64,000 nt of DNA from Chrysomallon squamiferum (Eukaryota > Animalia > Mollusca), in the NCBI GenBank assembly GCA_012295275.1, contig CM022672.1, positions 372,001 through 436,000 of the forward strand. Reading direction: 5' to 3'. The notes under the pieces are model-generated. The model was not told the origin of the DNA and searched no databases. It saw only the letters and a program-made list of their open reading frames with translations. This document shows positions 54,868 through 64,000 of the stretch, piece after piece; within the stretch, counting starts at the first letter, position 1, and every line of letters begins with the position of its first letter. A program made the translations under genes and the position numbers.

Positions 54868-56145
54868 GTACATACATACATACATACACACACTTCAAGT
54901 GGTTGTAAATAAAGAGTTGCCAGCTGATATTGATTAACATCTTTGATTTGTGTGATGTAAAATAATATTATTATATTATATTATTTAATGTTAAATAATA
55001 ACCATATTGTCTGACCTTTTGAGAAAACCATTCTGCAGGCCGGTCTGTTTCAGCATAGGGTTTAATAGCTCGACTTACTGATACCCTGAATTAAAAGTGA
55101 ATATTAAATCACACACCTAGATTACAACAAGTAACCCCTTTTATTATCCAATCGTTATACATGCATATTTCTTTCTTAATCCACTTTTTGTAATTAAATT
55201 GGAAGAAAAATTATAGTAAAAAATAGCGTGACTTAAACTATGAACTATAGTTAAGTGGTTGTGTAGATACAGGTTTTTACAGACTATACAACCACTTAAC
55301 AATAGTTCATAATTTATCAAACAAAATTGATTATTATCATTTATTTATTTATTAATAGATTAAATAATTACAAATGCTGGTTAGTTAGTAAATTAGTTAT
55401 TACTACTGTTTTATTATTATTATTATTATTATCTATCACTGACAGAATAAAATAATAAAAGAATATACAACTTTACAGCTCGTGTTATTAGATTTACAGT
55501 TAGTTACATTTAGTATTTACAGCAAAAAATACTGATAATCTATAATATTAAAATGGATTTCAAGTTGCATATGTATTTTAATTTTTAATTCTTATGGATA
55601 ATTTAAAATATTAATTTAATAAATTCTAAAAGGCAGATAGTTCAAAGATTTGACTGTTCTCACTGGTGGTGAAAGGGAGTGTATTACAATATTAATTAAT
55701 TTGTTTACTTACCAATTCTGATCACCACTTTTTAAAACAGAACAAGCTAAAGCCAACTTTTCTTTATTTGACCAAGCATCAAGAACCGGTCTCAGTTTTA
55801 CTTCTGTATCAGAAAATTAAATTTATAATAGTAACTGTCGTGGCAACTATCTTTTTAAAATATATACTTTTCTGTCATAAACGTAAATAACTAATCATCT
55901 TATGAAATGGTGATACTGAACTCAGAACTCGTTAATAATCATAATGAAATGAATGATGATCGAGTCCTGCTGCAATTAATTTAAAAAAAAAAAAAGAAAA
56001 TGAACTAAGTATTAAAAACTATGAACACGTATTTTACTGTAAAGGATGATAAAATAACCTCAGAATTAAAATAATATCAAATAATCTATGACAAAAATCC
56101 TAATAAATAATATCAAACAAAATAGTTACTTGTGATAGTCGCCAT
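46495..56145 (-). CDS. BRD8: Bromodomain-containing protein 8 (NuA4/TIP60 subunit), about 18 exons
   Basis: N-terminus WSNKEKLALACSVLKSGDQNW/VSVSRAIKPYAETDRPAEWFSQK/NCALQYSDLLEK; APTLSKLL motif; bromodomain WKKSIMLVWRSAATHK/YASVFLHPVSNDIAPGYNTVVHR/SMDLSSIKKNIESGIIRTTSEFQRDMMLMFTNAIMYN. Confidence 0.93.
49815..50155 (-). repeat. 26-bp array of 13 copies of a BRD8 exon end and donor
   Basis: Minus-strand unit GAGAAAGAG|GTGAGTAGTTATGTTGT; true exon end at 50146. Confidence 0.95.
51787..51950 (-). repeat. ~55-bp triplication abutting a BRD8 acceptor
   Basis: AAAACAGTAAAATCATTCTAGTAAAAACATGTTTTCATTAACTGGTTACTTT x3; the last unit supplies the polypyrimidine tract. Confidence 0.85.
52015..52424 (-). 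repeat. ~33-bp array starting at a BRD8 donor
   Basis: CAAG|GTAATTATCACCAAG|GTAACTGTTTATAGCACAAAG|GTGATGTACAAGATAACTG repeated about 12 times. Confidence 0.9.
52755..53318 (-). repeat. 45-bp array (about 12 copies) copying a BRD8 exon end and donor, open in the exon frame
   Basis: Unit GTACAGAACAACTCG|GTATTAGTCATTTTGTATTTAACATGTTCA; ORF 52881-53363 reads through about ten units. Confidence 0.95.
55234..55316. repeat. ~32-bp inverted repeat (hairpin) in a BRD8 intron
   Basis: AAACTATGAACTATAGTTAAGTGGTTGTGTAG ... CTATACAACCACTTAACAATAGTTCATAATTT, 3 mismatches, 17-nt loop. Confidence 0.85.
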
Positions 56146-56272
56146 GATTTATCTGTTTATTGTGATAATTCCTCCTTCAAATCGAAAGCACCTATATAGC
56201 GCTTTATCTGAATGTATAGTACTTTTAGTAGTGTTTATGTTCATCTAAACACAGCCTAACGTTACACAAATA

Positions 56273-56327
<55 letters not shown>

Positions 56328-56563
56328 AGTAGTAAAAAAACAAAAAAACATCAAAGATTATTTTTATTGTAAAAGGTTAGATCTTATTTTCCTGTGGGAG
56401 AAATAGATATATATATATATTCTTTTTTTTCTGTGGGGGAAATATATATTATTTTTTTATATATATATATTAAAATTAGTTATTTTATTTGAAAAGCGTA
56501 TAAATTAAAAATAAATAATGAATTTCCGAAATATTCAAATAACATTGAATCTTTTTAAATTCT

Positions 56564-56605
<42 letters not shown>

Positions 56606-56689
56606 GCTACGTACAGAAACAGAGACCAAAAAAAAAAAAAATACCTGCACGGATTATAGGTGGAGAACACCTTTAGGCTTTAATGTCAG

Positions 56690-56770
56690 TTATTGATTGC
56701 CAGACGTAGCCAATGAACGGTGACGTTGTAAAATTGTCCTATCACCGTCTATTGGTTGCGAACAGGTGTG
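56690..56770. promoter_or_regulatory. Candidate promoter motifs between divergent BRD8 and clarin starts
   Basis: AGCCAAT near 56710, TGACG half-CRE near 56721, ATTGG near 56751; start codons about 730 bp apart. Confidence 0.4.
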
Positions 56771-56870
56771 ATAAAACAAGGGTTAAAGATGTCAGAGCTT
56801 TTTAGATGTGCATGACTAACATTACCTCCTATGCCGAAATAATATAAAGAAAGCATCTGGTGACATAGCA

Positions 56871-57447
56871 ATGGAGAGAACCACAAAGAGAAATTTCATT
56901 GCTGTTTCCTTTTTTTTTGGCTTGATAGGCGTTGGGTTGATGATAGCGGCGTTCGCGACCGATCACTGGATTCGCTCATCACCAATGAAACCCGACATTG
57001 TTGAAATGAACAGTACTGTACAGTCGGGCGGGACAGAGACAAAAAATACAGGCAATATTACATTTGGATTATTTCGTGGATACAGAGTTCTCGATTATTC
57101 GACAGGACCAAGACGTAAAACAATATATGGTAAGACACGGAATACAGTTAGCTAGAAAATACATGAAGGATATGATATGCATATCATATGGGTAATCATT
57201 GATTGAAACATTAAACACCTCTTCCTTATTAATCTTATACAGGTTTACCGGGTTAGATTAATCCTTTTTAATAATAAGGTTATTCCAATTAAACCCATGT
57301 AAGGCATGTTTGAACGATTTTCTGTGGGAGAAATGCCAAAATAATCTAGATAATATTCTATTGATATGGACCAGAGGAAAGTGATTAACTGAAAAATACA
57401 GTCCATTTATTTTTTAATGAAATAAATATTTAATTTTTAAAGAATAA

Positions 57448-57502
<55 letters not shown>

Positions 57503-58080
57503 ACTAACTGTTGAGTGATGGCTAGCCTAACTCAGTGTCAGAACTTTCTAGATTAGTTTTTGTAAGCGAGCCCACTGGAAGATTTCCTATCCCAGTCTGT
57601 GTTCCTTGTTAGCTTTATCAAAGACTGCAAACTAATATATTATTTACAGTGTAACTGCATGTAAAAGATCCAGTAAGGATAACTGAAAAATAGTGGTGGC
57701 TGTGTTTTCTTTCTCTTCAAGTTCAACTGTATGATATCATGTATAATTGTAATTTATACCACGTGTAACTTATGAATGTATTGAGTGCATTGTTAAATAT
57801 AACACTTGTTTATTCTTTATACATATATATAACATTATAAGAAAAGTAAATATTTTACAAAAATGGGAAATGAGACTGACATATTTATGATTGTGTTTGA
57901 GCACTGATAACTTAAATAACATGAACATCTGAGAATTTAATGCATGATGAATGAATGTTTAACTAATAATATCAAACCATTTTGTACCAGATCCCCTCCA
58001 TGTGTTGCACTGATCTTTATCAATCTTATAAAAGCCACAACATACAACTATATATAATTTTCAATTTGCCACAATATTTG

Positions 58081-58116
<36 letters not shown>

Positions 58117-61100
58117 CATACATACATAAATACATACATACATATACACACACATATATACACACACACACACATATATTTATTTTCTTAAATTCTCTAT
58201 TTTCTTTCTATGTTCTTCTTAATTTTAATTTTTGTTTGTATAATACTGACTTGGAAAGAAGCTGCTGTAACTTGATGATATGCTGATCTGACAGCAGCCA
58301 GGCATTTTTTTTACAAGTTAAATAACTGTGTAATGATCTACTAAGTCACTCTTGAATTTGACTTGGAAATTTGTTCTAAAATGGTTTGATATATTATAGT
58401 GTGAGACCAAAATAATGCACAAATGCATATCTGCAGTCAACTTTCTGTCTGATGATATGTTTGTTTATGTAGCAGTTTCTTTGTTACTGGACCTCAAAGT
58501 TTGGTTTCTCTGGACTATCAAACAAAACATGAATAAATTGTTTATCCACTTTTGTCTGACTAAAAATTTTTTGTTATAAAATATGACTGTTAAAGTTAGT
58601 TATGGTCTTGTTTAATTGTTTTTAACTGGCTGGATCAGTCCCTGGCTCAGTAAACAGAGATATTTTTTTTTATCCTATCCAAAACATAAAATGTACAGCA
58701 AATTATACTGACTGTTAAATTATTATTTTAATTTTTAACACTTTTAATTTGCATTTACAGGTTTTCATGTTTAAAAATACTTTTTACATATGCACATATA
58801 TTTTTTTAAAAAGCACTTTATATTATATATTATGTGTTTTTATATATATATATATATAAACACATTTTATCTTTTTGTTACATATATATGAATTATAATT
58901 AGATTTGTAACATTATGAACCACTGGTTTACAATCACGTTATAGAGACATGTTTTCATGGATTGGAAACTCATACTCTGGTTGGACTGGGAAATGGACTT
59001 ACGAGTGATCTAACAAATATTTTCTGCTCTTTAGTAAATAGTCTGTAACTGCACCATTATTTGTGATAGATGACTTCATAAAATTGGAGATTATAAACCT
59101 TCAGTCATCCTAATAATAAATCATAACTTCTTTTTCTTCTAATTTTTTCATTTTATGATTTGAGTATGAATGGTCTCTATTGAAATGTTGTGTACATGTT
59201 TATATTTGCAGTTTATCCGTCATCGTCAACACAAATGAAAAATTCAGTTTTTATAATGACAAGCTAAAGTTACCACATTCCTCTCTGATTTATTGTTAAC
59301 AAAGTCATAACATAAAACAAAATTTAAATAAAAATACTTTTTTTTTTTTTTTTTACTGGTTAACCTTTTCAAGGTATCTTAAATTATTAAAGAATAAAAG
59401 TCAACATCGTTGCCTGGATCCCCATGGTTTTGTGAAATTGTTTACATTTTTCTCTTTGTTTGACCAGTTCACTCATCTTCATGGTGGAATTTAAGACAGA
59501 AAAATGGAATGTTTTTTTTTTTGCTGTTGTTTGTTTTCTTTACAGAGGAAAATGTCAACATTGATTTTAAAAATAAAGAACTGCAATTTCACTGGCCTGG
59601 TGAATATTTTTATCAGTAAACCAGATTGAAATTTCTTTTGTAAGAAATAATTTCACACAACACTGTCAGTGTTAATGATTTTTCTTCTTAACATTGTTAA
59701 AAATTCCTCACTTTTTGCTTAAACACAACAATGACCATGTAGCTGAATTAAATGGCTTAATAAAATAGTAATAATAACAACAATAATGATAAATAATAAT
59801 AATACAAAGAAAATCACCAACAATAATAATTGAAATCTTTATTTCATATTTCTCCATTTATTTCCCCCTTCTGAAATTAAAAAAAATTAAATTAAAAACT
59901 AAAAAAAAGAAAAAAAGGAAAAAAAGATCGAGTTACTTTATTTTTTTACATTCTTTTGAGGTCCAATTAGATACCAAAAAATTGTACATTAATAACAATA
60001 ATGACATTAAATTAAGCAAATAAACATTGTACATTTATTTTATCTGTTTAAAAATTTTGTCATGTGATGTTAAAAACATTTATAGTTTATTTTAGATATT
60101 GTTTGTGGCAGATAAACCAGATGTGATTAATGTTAGTGTTTTGGTTTATTCTGTGTTTACCTTTGCTTTTCTGATTGTTAAACTATTGACACAAATTGAA
60201 TGTAAAAACAAGACCTGTAGTCAAAAAAAAAGTCAAAACTGGTTTCTGATTGATTCTGATATCTGATGATCAAATGATTATTTGTTCAAAAAAAAGAAAG
60301 CAACAGTTTCATAATATATACTTGCCTTTGAATGCATAGTTTTATCTTTTTTTTTTTTTTTTCACTTTGATCATCTATAATCTTATATATATATATATAT
60401 GTTTTTTCTTTAAAAATCTGTTTTGTTTGCAGTAGTTACCTGTATATTTGTTTGTGTTCTAGTTACCTGTAATCCTTCATTTGGTGTCTGCATGTGGACC
60501 AATTTAACTGATTCCAACATGAAAACTAAACTGCTTGACAGAATGATAGCCAGTTACAAAAATCAAACTGCAGCCGGACAGAATGAAACAGGTGTTTATT
60601 AGACATACAATGCTTGCAATACCTACCATTGTGGCAAATGCTTGCAATATTTTCCTGCAGCAGTGTTTTGTTCCTTACTTTGCTAAATTTCTCCAGTCCA
60701 CCCCATCCATTTTACCTGCTTACACATTTATCCTCCAAACCAACCTACAATCCATACTTTACTGATTTTTAGCAGGTGCTTTTCTTTTTGTGAATTGCAG
60801 TAATTGCTTCATTATTTGAAATTTTCCTGATAACTACAGATTAGATATAACAAATGTTTATTTCTGAATTATTTATATATTTTTGTTTTTATTACTTACC
60901 TATAAATGTTGCAGTAAACAAATATCTAAAATTTAGGGAGTACAAACAGATAAATCTACAATATGTGATAAGCATATTCTACAGACACAATATTTTCTTT
61001 TTCCCTTTTTTCTTTTTTAAATTCTCTCTTTAAAATATTTTAAAATAATATTGAAAGAGATATAACAAAAAAAAAAAAAAAAAAAAACACGAGTTCTCTT

Positions 61101-63446
61101 GAGATGTTTAGAAGTGTACATAGGTTTGTAAAAATTATCTTTTTGAGGCCTGGCTTATTTATAGGCTTATTTTCAACCTCTGTATTGTATCTTCTTATCA
61201 AATGTAGTTTTCTTAACCTGTTTCTGTTTTGATAGCAAACTGCTTTTATCTCAAATATAATTTGTACTCTGACTGTTTTAAATGTCTGTGTTAATATTTA
61301 ATTTCTGATACCAGTGTTTCTAGCAAATGGTTCAGTTTACATTTATCTACCAAAGTTACCATGACAACCAGAACCCTATAATATACTAATATATAGATGT
61401 TCAACAGTGAAATTTAAAATGCCTCTGATGATATGGAAAAAGTACTGTAAATACATTTTGTATGCTTGCAAATGACATCTGTGGTGGTGATGATGTTGGA
61501 AAGTAAAAAATATATGTTACTAATATAGTTGTGTGTGTTTGTGTGTGTGTGAAAGTGAAAGAAGATGGCACATTAAGAGTCACAGATTAGTTATAATGTT
61601 ATTACTTGCAAAGATTGGTCATTTATGTTATTATGTATGCATTTAATACTAGTAAGACATTGACAGATTAAAGCAGATTATGAATAGGTGTACAGTATAT
61701 TGTCACACTATACTGAATAGCAAATATTTTCTGATAACGATATCAGATATCTCAGGGTGTAGTCGCAGTTAAGATACTGAGTCATATCAGCACTAGGAAA
61801 ATGTTTACTTTGTGATCACTACCTGGTTAACACATCATAAAGAAACTAAAACCCAGTTATATGTTGTACTGAACTGACTTTTGAATGGGAATGGTTGCAG
61901 GATCAGTCTTTTTCCCATTCTAACTTGCATACTTTTTACTGCTTCATCAAACAATTTTGCAAGCAAACAAGTGTTTTAATACTTACCAGACTTCTAAATA
62001 CACACCTCATCAGCAAGACGTGACATTCTGCAACTTCAATAGAGCTGTATTAAAGGCAGAATATTGATGTACTCCACCATTTTTGTTTACTGATCTTTTC
62101 AGCACCATTTACAACAGTGTAATATAAAATAAAGTAAACAAAATTCTGTACAGACTATATACACTGTTGTTTTGACAGGTAGTCTACAAATCCAGCTGTT
62201 TTGAAATATTTTCTTTTATATCAGAACTAAAATGTATACTTAATCATGTTTTGAGTTGAGCATTCAGTATGTAAATGTTATGGTTTAAATTTTTGCAAAG
62301 ACAAATATATTACATATGAATGTTATTTGAGTTATGTGTTTGAAATGTGAGATCATGCATTAAATATTCTTTTGTGTTTACACATTAATTTCAAATGTGT
62401 ATATAAATGTATTAAAGATATTTCTTTAAATTTAATCTAAAATTTTATTTATTTTAGCTATTTTCAGCATTTTCATAGTTTATATAAATATTTTAAAGAA
62501 ATATTTAATTCTAAAATTTTACAGTTTTGGGGGTGTTACATTATTTTGTTTATGAATTGGATATTTTTGTAACTTAATATAAAATATTATTTCAGTAATG
62601 GATCTGACATAGTGTTTTACCAGTTATAAAATATTATTTTATTCATTAATCTGATAACTGTTTTATATTTGGTATTAAATTTATGAATCTGATATTGTTT
62701 TAATATGATTTAAATATTTTAATTTATGAAACTGATATTGTGTTAACTTGATATAACATATTTTATTTATGAATCTGATATTGTTTTAACTTGATATAAA
62801 ATGTTATTTTATTTATGAATTTGATATTGTGTTAACTTGATATAAAATATTATTTAATTTAGAATTTGATATTGTGTTAACTTGATATAAAATATTATTT
62901 AATTTAGAATTTGATATTGTGTTAACTTGATATAAAATATTATTTAATTTAGAATTTGATATTGTGTTAATTGATATAAAATATTATTTCTCAGTTCAGT
63001 GATTAAGAGAGATGTGTTGTGATTAATTTTATACTTGATAATATGTAAGTTGATTACTTACCTTTTTTTTTTAAATGTGTGTAAAAGAACAAAAGGACTA
63101 AATAAAAATATATATGTAAATACAACAAAGATAATAATTTACATGTGCTTAATAAAAACAATTGCATTAAATGAAATTCTGCACTATGCAAACTCAAATA
63201 AAATAATTACATTTTACTTTAAATTTTAAATTATTTATAATTACATAAATATTTTTCTTTCAGTGAAAGACTTGGTAGAATATGGTTTGTTTTCATTTGG
63301 ATTATGGGTATCGACAATTGTCACCCTGGCTCTGGGTGTGGTTTGGGGACTTGTAGCTATCATGTTTGCGGTGTTCAATGTGTTTGGTAAACCCATTGAG
63401 ACCATCACTGGACCTGCAGGACTCTACCTGTGGAATGGACTGGCAT
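56871..63446 (+). CDS. CLRN: Clarin-family tetraspan protein, partial. Exons: 56871-57129, 60463-60591, 63264-63446; continues beyond the window
   Basis: TM1 followed by AFATDHW, GNITFGLFRG, and FNVFGKPIETITGPAGLYLWNGLA (clarin P.ET..GP.GLY.WN signature); phase-1 junctions are consistent. Confidence 0.85.
57510..57810 (+). mobile_element. Possible decayed SINE
   Basis: Motifs GAGCCCACTGG, GCATGTAAAAGATCC and TTGAGTGCATTGTTAAATA resemble a gastropod SINE as I recall it; a similar fragment lies at about 3245-3310. Needs RepeatMasker/Dfam confirmation. Confidence 0.4.
62570..62990. repeat. 45-bp AT-rich tandem array (about 9 copies) in a clarin intron
   Basis: AATTTAGAATTTGATATTGTGTTAACTTGATATAAAATATTATTT units at 62856, 62901, 62946, with diverged copies upstream. 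Confidence 0.9.
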
Positions 63447-63735
63447 GTAAGTTAAAACATTATTATTTATATATATTAAATACAAGTCCAGGTGAAATGC
63501 TTATTATAATTAAATAAATACATTTAAGAAATGCTAAAATATCAGCAGTGATGTCTCTTTTCCTGCATTTTGATGCTGCGTCTAATTTGTTTGCCAAATA
63601 AGGTTATACTGTTAGATATTATTAAATTTCTTTTCATATATTATAAATTAAATCTGATTTAAAACCATTTATAACTGTGGTTTCAGATAATTTAATTTGT
63701 TACAGTTATATTCAGTCTCTAAAAATACTTATAAA

Positions 63736-63796
<61 letters not shown>

Positions 63797-64000
63797 TACT
63801 GTATCAGATATTTATAAATGTACAAAATATTTTTGATATTTATAATATTTCTTAGACTTTCTATAAGAGAATTATGCAATATTTAATTGAAGCTATTTGA
63901 TAAACTGGCAAACAGTGGCTAATTATAAATACATTTGATGCTAATTCTGCAGTCAACACATTACAGTTACCTCTTGTCCCATGATTAATCAGAGAGTGTC

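Noticed and set aside
57170-57189. Perfect 20-bp palindrome ATATGATATGCATATCATAT
   Set aside because: AT-rich and low complexity; no supporting context.
54800-58190. (CA)n, (CT)n, (TAA)n and (TA)n tracts
   Set aside because: Ordinary microsatellites.
62570-62995. 45-bp array as another junction-anchored repeat
   Set aside because: Ends about 270 bp before the real acceptor; no supported exon at its terminal CAG.

Overview
AT-rich, intron-rich animal genomic DNA (likely a lophotrochozoan such as a gastropod mollusc; taxon is inference). Six protein-coding genes are recognisable: LDB/Chip (+), SRSF10/12-like (-), eIF3A (-), DENND10/FAM45A (+), BRD8 (-) and a partial clarin (+). The window also holds two Tigger/pogo-derived elements, a hAT-like MITE and many minisatellites. 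Three observations stand out. (1) eIF3A introns carry a cluster of box H/ACA snoRNAs; one four-copy family has pockets complementary to the 18S sites equivalent to human m1acp3-Psi1248 and Psi1347, and the main cluster sits in a GC-AG intron. (2) The SRSF10 U12-type intron has AT-AA ends and encloses extra U11-type sites plus a CAAG-rich candidate poison exon. (3) About ten tandem repeats are anchored on exon-intron junctions or a snoRNA end, so splice sites are copied up to about 13 times. All homology calls are from recalled sequence; no searches were run.
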